Of a stretch of DNA of 64,000 nucleotides, positions 37,172 to 48,547 are shown piece by piece. The notes below the pieces were generated by a model that was not told the DNA's origin, ran no database searches, and was given only the letters and a program-made list of their open reading frames with translations. Numbering within the stretch: position 1 is the first letter of the stretch; each line of letters starts with the position of its first letter. The position numbers were made by a program, and so were the translations under genes. This DNA is from Oikopleura dioica (taxonomy: Eukaryota > Animalia > Chordata), in contig OU015567.1 of NCBI GenBank assembly GCA_907165135.1, forward strand, positions 6,882,001 to 6,946,000, read 5' to 3'.

Positions 37172-40100
37172 TTATCCGCCGGAGTTGGATTCGGTTTCTT
37201 GGGACTGGTCGTCTTCGTATTGAGTCAGGTCGAAAGTCATGACCTGAGATTGAATTCCAGTGCGGCCTTGTTTTGCGTAGATGCCGATGAGAGCATCTGC
37301 CTTCGAGTAGAACTCTTCTTTGAGCGAAATGACGATGCACTAGATCGCGAATAAGAAATTTGCAATAGAAGGCGGGCGTACCTGAAGGTCTTCTCGTCGA
37401 CCCTTGATGTAATCCGCAACTTTGCCGATGTTGGTATTGTCAAGCGCGGCGTCTACCTCGTCGAGGACAAAGAATGGCGATGGTCGATACGCATGAACTG
37501 CGAAAATAAGCGCGAGCGCCGCGATTGTCTAAAAGATTTGAAGATGAATTACCATAAGGATTTTTAGGTCAAAAATTTTTTTTCTTATATAAGGGGATAT
37601 TCTTAAAGCCCGTAAAAAGTTAGACAGATTCCCAAAATTCTAGTGCCCGATGACGTCATTATGACGTCATAGGGCCTCTTGAAAATTTTTCGTTTTCGAC
37701 CGTTTTTGAACCGGAAAACGACGGCCGATCCTATTTTTTCTTTTTGGATCTTGTAGCTCAGGACCTGAGCTTTAATTACCCGGGGTTGAAAAATTCTAGA
37801 GGTCACGTGTTATTACGTAATAGGGGCCCCCATAATTTGGTATTATCTTATATTGTCAATTTAACTAAATTTATTGTATAAAGTGATTATATTTTTTAGT
37901 AAAAATTAATCACGTGACCACAGATGACTCATAAAAGTCATCCGGAGGACCTCTCTAGTGGAAGAAAGATGCTGGAAGACTTCGAAAAAAGTCTCTCGAT
38001 TTCAATTTTTTTGTAATTTCAATCTTCTCAGCGCTTCATTCAGACATTTTCTATGGTTTCTTTGGTTTTTATTTTGTTTCTGCAACATTTTATAATAATT
38101 TTTCGAAAAAATCTTTTTTTTTAAATGAATTCTTCCAGCATCTTTCTTCCACTAAAGGGGTCCTCCGGATGACTTTTATGAGTCATCTGTGGTCACGTGA
38201 TTAATTTTTACTAAAAAATATAATCACTTTATACAATAAATTTAGTTAAATTGACAATATAAGATAATACCAAATTATGGGGGCCCCTATTACGTAATAA
38301 CACGTGACCTCTAGAATTTTTCAACCCCGGGTAATTAAAGCTCAGGTCCTGAGCTACAAGATCCAAAAAGAAAAAATAGGATCGGCCGTCGTTTTCCGGT
38401 TCAAAAACGGTCGAAAACGAAAAATTTTCAAAAGGCCCTTATGACGTCATAATGACGTCATCGGGCACTAGAATTTTGGGAATCTGTCTAACTTTTTACG
38501 GGCTTTAAGAATATCCCCTTATCTAAGAAAAAAATTTTTCGACCAAAAAATTCTTATGGTAATTCATCTGAAATTAATTCGAGTAATGAAAAGGTAAATT
38601 ACCTTTTCGCCACCCGAAAGATTATCCATTGGTCTGAAGCGCTTGCCAGGGGCGACGCAGTTGTAGCTGATCCCGTCCAAATACGGCTCATCCGGATTCT
38701 CGACAGAAAGATACGCTTGCGCGCCCGGATTTCGGCTGATGAATTTGTACGTTTCGTCGATTTTCTCTGAGACGAAATTGAAACAGTCCATCAGAGTTCC
38801 TCGGCGGCGCTGTTTGAACTGCTCGAATTGGTGCTGCGCCATCTTGGCTTGTTTTCGGATATCTTCGAACTCGTTCTTTAAAAAAAATCTAATCATAATT
38901 TTACGCAAGGAAGAAAGTACCTTCGTGGACTGATAATTTTCACGGGCATTGTCGAGTCGATTAGCGTTGCGCATTTTCGGCGGGATGCATTTATCCACCT
39001 TTGCGGCCAGTTCTCGCACCAGGGCAGCCATCTCGTCCTTTTTGACTTCTTCCTCGTCTTTGTGGAGGTCGGTGTATTCGTCGTCCAGAGAAGTGAAGTC
39101 AACAGTGATCGAGTTGTCGGTTTGGTAGCGCTGAGAGCCTTTTTAGGGTTAGAAACCTTTGCCGTTCTTATTGGTCGGAGCCATATTTTGACGAATTTTA
39201 TTGATCGAATATAAATCAACATCAAATATTGCAAGAATGAAACCCTTTCCTAGTTGGGACGTATCCATAGCAGACGAGTCCATTCCATTATCAACGACCC
39301 AGCTCAATTCCCCACTGCTGAGAGGCAAGTTGATGCAGTTGACATGGCAGTCGACATAAATCTGATGTCGCTGATCCAATTTCTTGTCGCGACGGATCTC
39401 GACGCCACTGATCTCGTCCTTGATTTCTCCTTGCTCTTTGTTCAGAACTCCGAGTTTTTCTTTGCCTCTTCAGTGGCTTTTGATTGAAGTTTGAGGCGGC
39501 CTTTCACTTCGACTCGTTTTTCGTGGTATTTTTGGAGATCTTTCTCCGCTTTTTGGATTTTCTCCTTTGTCTCTGTCTCTTTTTCCTGAAATCATCGATA
39601 AGTACACCAAATATTAAGAAATAACTGTACCTGGAGATTTTTAAGCTCGACTTCTTCGTTGGCAATCACATCTTTCCACTTGTTGACATGAATGAGAGTA
39701 TCGTTGCTTCTTTCGTATTCCAAGAGATTGGTCAATCGAACAAGCTGATTTTCAAACTCCAATCGCCGCTTGTTTTGCTCAGTCTGTTGGTTGAGCTCTC
39801 CCTGCTCGTACTGTCGGATGTTCTTGACGCCAATGTCGACGCAAAATTGCACGAATACTTCGTCTTCAACCTAAACTCGATTATTTATTTTATCTCTGGA
39901 AAAATCAAGACCTTTTCGTGCTCAGATTTCAACGAGTCCATGCGCTTTTGTCGACCAGCCATTCTTCCTTGGATCTCTTCGATTTCAGGCTGAAGATATT
40001 GAATCTTCTGCTTGAGATTTTTGATCGCATCCAAGACTTCCGCAATGCTTCGATTCTTGGAGCTCTCGATATCTTTCTCGTTGTAGTGGATTCGGTTTTG

Positions 40101-42367
40101 AAGCCCGGTGATTTGAGTTTCAAGTTGATGAAGAAGCGGTTCTTTTCGCTTCAATTTTGTGGCTTCTTTCAGCTAGAAAGAAATATATGAAAATTCGGTT
40201 GCTTTGAAATAACTTACCCGCTCCGCAAGATCATCGCGTTTGGATCGAAGAGAGTCAATCTCCTTTTCTTCCCATTTCGCAGCTTTTCGCTGGAGATCCG
40301 TAGCACCTCCAGAGATAACACCAGACTTTTGAAACAACGTTCCATCAAGAGAAACAGCCTGTTGTCGCCTCCAAGTCCCATCCGGGCGGCGGAAAATGTC
40401 AGCATGCCGGCGCAGCTCGCCAGACGAAACAAGTCGCGCATCGGCAGAGTTTTCGCAGACAAGGGAGTTTCCGCAAGCGTAAATGAGCGCCTTTCGGATG
40501 TTGGGATTTTTCATATTGATCACGTCGAAGACGAGTTTTACGCCCTTTGGTTCGGTGATTTCACGAAGCTGATCGTTGAGAGGCTTTGTTTCGATGTAAT
40601 CAAGTGGGAGGAAGGTCTCGGGTTCGCATCGCTGCTCTTTCATGTATTGAATACATTGCTTTCCAGTCGCCTCGTCTTCTACAACGATTGCTTCCATGTT
40701 CCTCCCAAGGACTTTGGTCAACGCGACGTTGTATCGCTTGTGAGTAGAATCACACAAATCGGAGATTCGGCCAAGAACGCCTGGATACAAGGACTTAAGC
40801 TTCTTGACCAGCTCAGATCGCCGCTGAGCCCGGCGAGATTCTGTTTTCTCGACATTTGCGCTTCCAAGTTGGTGGATGACTTTCTCGAGGTCCTTGTTTA
40901 GCGATGCGATTTGCGAATCAGCGCTTTGGACCTCTTCGCGAATCGCTTCCCGCCGCGTCTCCAGTTGGCTCAGCTGATCTCTTGTCCGCTTGTTGTAGTT
41001 GTCGAGTGTTTCGAGTCGCTTTGCGTGCTCTTCTCGCTCCTGCTCTTTGGATTTGAGAGTTTGTTGAATGTCCATTTGGCGACGCTCCTTGAGCTGGATG
41101 GCTTCTTGATCGTTTTGTTGCTCGCGCTCATACTGGCGGATTTTATCCAAGAGCTCGGAAGACTTGATCTTGACCTTTTCTTTGAGCTGGTGATATTGGG
41201 TCAGTTGGCTTTGCTGCAACTGGATGGTCTTTTCAGTTTCGTCGATTTTCGCTTGCTCTTCGAATAGCTTTCGGCGATTCTCCAGGTCTTCCATTTGCCC
41301 TTCGAGACCCTTGATGATGCTTTGTTTCTGCTCATGCGTCTTCATTGCTGCATCAAGACGTTTCTGCACGATTTCAAGTTTGTGCACCGTGTGCGCTGTG
41401 TTTTCCCGAGCCTTGATGATCGCAGGCTTGAGCTCTTGAATCGCGTTTTGCTTTTCTTCGCACTTTTTCTCGACGCTGTTGACTTCCCGCTGGATTTTGC
41501 CGATTTCGGACTTTTCTTTCTTGATCTCGTCCTCGCAATCGCCTTTCTTTTTCTGCACCTTTTCGAACTTCTTCTTGTGGATTTTAAGCTCTTCCTTGTA
41601 CTTTGTCAGGTCATTGTCGATGATGTACAGCTGAAAGAGCTTTTCTTGAATTTGCGCTTCCTCGAGCTCTTCTTGCAGTTTTTCGTATTGCTGCACCTGC
41701 GCCACTTCCTCCCGAGCTTCCTTTCTTTCTTGGGCAATCCCCTTTTTCTTAATATGCGCCGCTTTCGACGCCTCATCCGCTTCCTGCTGCTCGATCTTGG
41801 CTCTTTCATAATCTTGCTTGTATTCGGCAGAGCCAGAGATTTCCTCAAACATCGTCATCCGCTCTTTTGGATTCTTCATCGCGATTTCCTCTACTTTGCC
41901 TTGGTAGACAAGAAAGTTCTTAGAATTGATGAAAATGTTGAACGTCTCTAGCTTGGAGCGATAATCGGACGCAGACACGCTGCAACCGTCGATGTAGAAA
42001 TGGGTGGAGTTGTCTTTAATGACTCTGGCGAACTCGATCGACTCAAGCAAGCCGTCTTCGTTTTCCATCTTGATCAAGGCAGACACTCGAGCTGTGTCGG
42101 ACACAGGCTCTCCCACTGGCGCACCGTGAATGAGTTGGGAAACTCGCGAGACTCGCATGTTCTTGCTCTTTTCGCCCAAAACAAAAGAGATGGCGTCCAT
42201 GAGATTCGACTTACCGGAACCATTTGGACCTAAAGTATCCGTTCAGCACAAAATCGAGAAGGTCTCTCCTTACCGATAATCGCTGTGAACTTGTGAAAAG
42301 GACCAACTTTGATCTTGCCCTTGTAAGACTTAAAATCTTCGATCTCCAAATACTCAAGAAATCCCAT
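37172..42367 (-). CDS. SMC1: Cohesin subunit SMC1
   Basis: FKSY...[19 protein letters not shown], hinge [31 protein letters not shown]. One -1 shift in the T5 run at 39455-39459. Confidence 0.95.
37542..38569. mobile_element. ~1-kb foldback element in the 1074-nt SMC1 intron (37529-38602)
   Basis: Near-perfect inverted arms ~37542-37979 and ~38131-38569 with a ~150-bp spacer. Confidence 0.9.
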
Positions 42368-43023
42368 TTTCGATCCGTACTCTTGAAAGAAAACAATGAA
42401 GATATTTGGCATTGAATATTAGGCATTTATTCAGCTTTTTATACCAGAAGTTGCATTTGTTGCTAAAAGTGGAACTTTTGTTCGGAATGCAGAACGCATT
42501 GAAATCAACGAGGAAAAATACAGATAGAAATTCGAGGGAGTTATAAAATAAAGGCATTGTTTGGGAAAGAACAGTAGGAGCATTTATCTTACACAAATTT
42601 AAAGTAAAAAAGGCTTTTTGATTCGCACGAAATTCTTTTTGAATTCCTAGAGCATACAGAGGTAAATTTTAAATGATCGAACAGAGGAAGAGAGGCTCAA
42701 AAAGTTGGGAACAAGATAAAAGTTGAGATGAAATAGTTTAGATCATGTGTGGCTCTGGATTATAGTCGTTGGTAGTCATTTCCGAGGGCTGGTGTGATAG
42801 CCTCGTGATTTCGAGATTATCTTCGTCGCGGTTCGAGCTCAGTCTGATGTGGTAGGTTAGTATTTGTTACAGTCAGAAGTAAAAAGGGATGAAGTGGATC
42901 ATGGTGGTGGAGGAATGAGAATAATTGAGGCTGTCGGTGTTTGGTACAAAAAAACTACCAGAAACTAACGGCTTCAACTAAAAACACCTTTGAATAAATA
43001 AAATTTGAAAATGAGGTGAAGAA

Positions 43024-45345
43024 TCAAACAAATTCTATCTTTGCAAATTTTTGCGAATCAGGAGGATCATGGTAATGTCGGTGAATCTGTGGAAGTACTG
43101 ACCGGGATCTTGTATCTGGGTAGGATTGATTGAGTGCGTCTTGCTCGGCGCGTAGTTGGTCTATTCGGCGATTATAAATATCCAATAATTTCGTTAAAAG
43201 AGTCGCGAATGTTGGCCGATTATCAGCATTTCCTGCCCAACAAGACTTCATGACTGAAAATTAAAATGAAAACAACGAAATCAAGAATAAAGAATCTACC
43301 TTTATAAACATTTTCAGGGCAATGTCTCGGCTTTTCCAGACGGTTGCCACTGTCAATATGATCGAGAATGTAAACCGGATCAACTGTGGCGTAAGGCGCG
43401 ACCGCGCGCGTCATTGTTTCCCACATTGTAACGCCGAATGACCAAACATCGGATTTCTCTGTGTAACGATGGTAGCGAATGCTCTCCGGGGACATCCACT
43501 TTAGCGGCAGTTCCGAGTGCTGCGTCGATCTAAAAGCGGATTGGAATCAAGCTCGTAACTCGTTCTTTACCTGTAATAATCGGATTGATTCAAATCGCGG
43601 CTCAATCCAAAATCGCCAACTTTGATAATGTGTCGTTCAATTTCGTCATTGTACGATCCAACGAGGACGTTTCTAGCAGCAAGATCACGATGAACTTTGC
43701 CCTTCGTTGCTAAATGCTCCATTCCAGCGCAAATGTCGACGCAATAGCCGATCAGTTCTGCCACAGTGATTTCGTTGCTTGAATCGCGCTAGAAAAATCC
43801 AAGCTAGAATATTCAGCAACAAAATTCGCTTTACCAAGAAAGATCGAAGATCGCCATTTTCCATGAAGGGAAGAATGATGATGGGATATTCACCAGGAGC
43901 AGTGCAGACGCCATAGATTTTGATGATATTCGGGTGGTTGAATTCTAATTCAGGGCTAATACGAATCGACCCCACGGGAGATTTGACCCTTGAACAAGTC
44001 TATTTATGTTTTTTGTCTGTCCTAAGCAGATTTATTTACTCAAATATTTTCATTGAGCACACATTCAAAAGTCAGAACTAAGAGACCTTCTAGAACCTTG
44101 ATTGAAGCTGAAATGGTAAATATTGAAAATTCTATAAAAATCATTCCACAAAAGCTTTTCAGCAAAAACCATGCTTCATGCATGGGAGGTAATTTATCTC
44201 AAATAGACTGACGCTATTGCTTTTTTTAGGTAGCGATGACAATTTTCTGCACGACAGCCTCACTCACAATTTACCTCATCTTCCTAAAAAGAGCGCTGGC
44301 AGTCGAAAAATCATCAGGAAAAGAAATCAAATGGGTTCAAGACCCCAGGTAAATTTCCTTTGAAGTCTTTTCTATCAAAATTTCTAGCAACCCAAAACGA
44401 TACATCAAAAAATTCATCGAAGAAAGTGAAAAGGATGAAACCGTGGCTCTAGAAAACGTTGCTTTTGAACTACCAGGAAATGCAATTATCGAATCTGAGA
44501 CTGTGTGAATCCGAATAAATTACTGATAAGCCCGTTTTCCTTTCATCATGACTCCTTCTTTCAAAAAATTCTCGAGTTGCTGCTGCGATTCGATATTCTT
44601 CATCGTTTTCGCCGCGACACGACGAGTTCTTTCCGCGCTTTGGTTCCATTTTGCTTCGTAGACCACTCCGAAATTTCCTTCCTTGATTTTTCGTCCTGAA
44701 AAACGGTCAATTTTCCCGCTTTTTCGTCCATTTTACCTAAATGAATTCGATTTCTTTCGATGTAGCAAGAAGCAACAGCTTGTCGCAGCGCTGGATCACG
44801 AATCTTGATCTGTGGCATTTGGCTGTTTCCAGTGTGGAGCACTCCTTGCGCGACTTCATAAGGCGGAGGGGGGCCGGACTCATTCCGGTTCGGATAGTTC
44901 GAGTGGTACTTGGTTCTAGAGCTTCTTTCGGCGGATTTCGCAGCGACTGAAAGACCCCTTTTAGCGTTTTTTCTTGAGTTTGTTACTTACAAATAATAAT
45001 GGCGATGATGATAATAAACGCAATCAATCCGCAGACAACTCCGATGATCACCCCCGTCGGCGTCTTCTTGCTCGTTTTGCTGGGATGGTTAGTCTCCCAC
45101 CATTGAATCGTCTGGTCATGATTTTCGAACACTTCTCGCGCTTCTTCAAAATTGCACACCTCTTCGATGCATTCTCGCTCCAAGTTTCCCTCCGAGATTT
45201 CTTCAATTCCGCCAGAGTTCGCTCTTCTTTGCCGGGAAAGAAATTGGCTCGCTTCTGAGCGTTCTAGAGTTGGTAAAGCCGAGGAGGAAGCAGAGAATAT
45301 GCATATGAGGAGGAGGTGGATTTTTTCTTTCATATTTCTTTTCAA
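43024..45345 (-). CDS. Gla-domain receptor tyrosine kinase (Gla-RTK type): signal/propeptide, Gla, TM, PPxY, MET/AXL-like kinase
   Basis: RQRRANSGGIEEISEGNLERECIEEVCNFEEAREVFE; TM; SGPPPPYE; IKEGNFGVVY, VAAKT, HRDLAARN, DFGLSRD, LPLKWMSPES, joined by in-frame introns including GA-AG 43945-44539. Confidence 0.85.
44171..44508 (+). CDS. Nested antisense 3-exon microgene, 85-aa putative single-pass membrane protein
   Basis: Exons 44171-44188, 44230-44348, 44388-44508 with 41- and 39-nt GT-AG introns give an open frame MLHAWEVAMTIFCTTASLTIYLIFLKR...AIIESETV*. Confidence 0.6.
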
Positions 45346-45753
45346 GGTTTTTTAATTAGATTATCAAAAATAATGTAGAAAAGCTTCGCTTCAACATAAG
45401 AATTTGTTTTCGAGCCGAAAAAAACTTAACTTTTAATTTAATTATCATTCAATCAATATAAAACTTTCCTAAGTTTGCTTCTCAATCATTCTTTTCTCTT
45501 ATCTTTCTTCTTTTTGCTGACTCTATTTTGATAAAAAAAATCTTCTCAAAATCACTCGAAATTAGCAATCACGGATGAGCCGCGCTGAGTGTACGCGCGT
45601 AGTGAAGCGTCTTTTTGAATGATTCATTTTCGCGCGCGCTGATTGGTCGGATTCATTTTGACGCATTTGGAAGAATTGAGAATTGAGGACCGCTTGATTG
45701 CCTCGAGCGGGAAGAACTGGAGGGTTGAAAGAGGAGAATAAGGGCTGAAGAGG
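45346..45753. promoter_or_regulatory. Probable bidirectional promoter (Gla-RTK / DBR1 head-to-head)
   Basis: ~400-bp gap between divergent start codons; CG-rich patch and a gattgg (CCAAT) box near 45640. Positional inference only. Confidence 0.4.
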
Positions 45754-48348
45754 ATGAGAATTGCTGTTGAAGGTAAGAAATTTGTTGATTTATATTTTTT
45801 AATTAATTAAATTAGGACTGAACTAATTTTTCTTTTTTTAAATCTTTGAGAACAAGTGTTCAGGATGGCGGTTTTTAGAAGATTTCTAATTTCTTATCTC
45901 CCGATTAAACTACAGTATTAGTTTCATAATTAAATTTATTACGAATTTATTAATTAAAATGTAATTCCAGGCTGCCTGCATGGCGAGCTGGACATCGTCT
46001 ACAACACGATCAAGTTCATCGAGCAGCAGCACAGCACAAAAATCGACTTGCTTCTTGTTTGCGGCGATTTTCAAGCGGTCAGGAACGAGGCGGATTTGAA
46101 ATGCATGGCCATGCCGCCAAAATACCGCGCAATGCAGCAATTTTGGAAATATTACAAGGTCAGTCTATTTTCCTTTTCGTTTTAGAACTTGTTCATTTGC
46201 GGGAGAATTCGCGAGGCATTTCTTTTATCGTAATTTAGGGCCAGAAAAAAGCGCCAATTATGACTATCGTTATTGGCGGAAACCACGAAGCGAGCAATCA
46301 CATGCAAGAATTACCGTATGGAGGATGGCTGGCGGAGAATATTTATTATCTCGGTTATGCAGGCGTCGTCGAATATGGTGGAATTAGAATTGGAGGCATC
46401 AGTGGCATTTACAAACAACATGACTTCAAAAAAGGTATTTTTTAAGAAGAAAAGCAATTCTAACGGTACTAAGACGTTTTCTCCTTGACAAAAGTTCAGC
46501 AAGATTTGCCGAGAACTGAGAAGCCGCCTGGGGCTTCGAGAAAAGAAGCCGCGCTTAGTTCTTCCTTTGCTCGAAGCCACAAGCGGCTTCTCGGTTCTCG
46601 GCAAATCTTGCTGAATTTTTGTCAAGAAGAAAACGTCTTAGTGACGTTAGAATTGATTTTCTCACAAGCTCATCACTTTTTTTATTGTTAGGTCACTTCG
46701 AGTGCCCGCCATACAACGAAGATACGATGCGTTCTGCTTACCATACGCGCAATGTGGACGTATTTCGCCTCAAGCAACTCAAACTTCCACTGGACATCGT
46801 CATGTCTCACGATTGGCCATGTGGAATCCACAACTTCGGCGATTTGGAACTCCTCCTCAAGAAAAAGCCATTTTTCCGAGAGCAAACTGAGCCTGGCGCT
46901 AGAAGTCAGCTTGGAAGTCCTGCCCATGCGGAGCTTCTTTATCATTTGAGGCCGAAATATTGGTTCGCAGCGCATTTACATGTTAAATGGATGGCGGTTG
47001 TTGATCATGATAAGGTAGGAGAAAAATTCTAGTGTTTTTTCAGCTTTTTAACAGAAAAAAAGAGCACTAGAATCTATTTTCTTTGATCAAAAGAAAAATC
47101 ATCTTTTTAGTGTTTACTTCTAACTTTTAGTTGAACGAAGAAAGCGATTTTGAAGTGGAAGAGAATCTGAACAAAAACCGCTACACGAGATTCTTGAGTT
47201 TGGACAAAGCCCTGCCTCAGCGCGACTTTTTGCAAGTGGTCGATGTTCCAACGAGACATTACGCTCCGTACGAATTCAAATACGACCCAGAGTGGTTGGC
47301 GGTTTTAAGAAATACCAACGATCTTATGTCTCTTACAGTTAACAACACTAGAATGCCGATAAAGGGGATCGACAAGGATTACGATCGATCAGGTACTAGT
47401 CAATATATCTCCTTCCTTTTCATTCCTTTTTCGCAGCGTCGCAAGAAGACATCGAAATCGTCCGAGCAGACATGGACTTTACCATGGAAATTCCGCGAAA
47501 CTTCAAAGTCACTGTCGACATGTACAATCCCAAAGAGCACTGGAAGCAGCGACCAGTAGAGCTCTTTCGAAATTCACAAAATACAGAGTTCTGTCAAAAG
47601 CTACGTCTGGTCGATCCGTTCACGGTTTTCAAAGAAGGCCGTGATCCGACAAAGCCGATGGAGGGACCGGAAGAGACGAATATTTGGACGGATCCAAGTG
47701 AGATTCAATTGGACGACAATGTTGAAAAGTAAGGAATGCCGTGAATCTCCGCTCTACCATTTTTTCAGAGAGAAAGATCCAGACGAAATCGACCTCGATG
47801 ACGATGATGAAGATGACGACTGCTGTCGACCATCGACATCAAAAGAAGAAGAATCTTTTGGAAATAAAGAAGATCCAAATGCCGGACTTTCTATGCCCGC
47901 GATTCAAACGCCAAAAGAACCAGAAAAAGAGGAGCCTTCGAAGAAAGAGGAAGACTCAGATTCGGACTCTGATGACGATGGAGCGCCACAGTCACGGCCA
48001 TTCTCGTAAGTCCTCGTTCACGGTATTCGATAAATGACCGGCTTAAATTAATCCTCGATAAGTGGCAGTGATGCTTGCTCTCCAAATTGCCTTATCTTTT
48101 GAGCGTTCCAGGTTAATGATAGTTCCTTTTTCAGACTACCGTTCTCTCTTCCGCCACCTACTAAAGCTCCAGAAGCAGACGTAAAGATGGAAGAAGAAAA
48201 CGAAGAAAAGAAAATTGAAAAGGCCGAAGCTCCAAAAATGGAAGAAAACGGCGAAAAACCTACCCTGGACTCCGAAAAAGTTCAAAAACCGTCATTCAAA
48301 AGGCGAAATCAAGCAATTTACACCGCCGAAGAAGACGACGATAATTAG
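45754..48348 (+). CDS. DBR1: RNA lariat debranching enzyme
   Basis: [52 protein letters not shown]-terminal KRRNQAIY. Confidence 0.95.
46460..46650. mobile_element. Near-perfect foldback MITE in a DBR1 intron (46435-46691)
   Basis: actaagacgttttctccttgacaaaagttcagcaagatttgccgagaac mirrored by gttctcggcaaatcttgctgaatttttgtcaagaagaaaacgtcttagt; aagccgc/gcggctt core. Confidence 0.88.
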
Positions 48349-48547
48349 TTAAAAGAAAAAGTTCACCCGCTACTGTAGTACTGCCCAGTTTTACTTTGGC
48401 CTGACCTGATAAGACAGAAGACAATACAGATAAACACAGCTTGGTACGAAATATTAATGTTGTATTTCTGAAATTTTGGAAGAAAAAAGCAGTAAAAGCT
48501 GGTGAATGAATATGTGCATTTGGAAAAAAAGAGACAGAAAATGAAGT

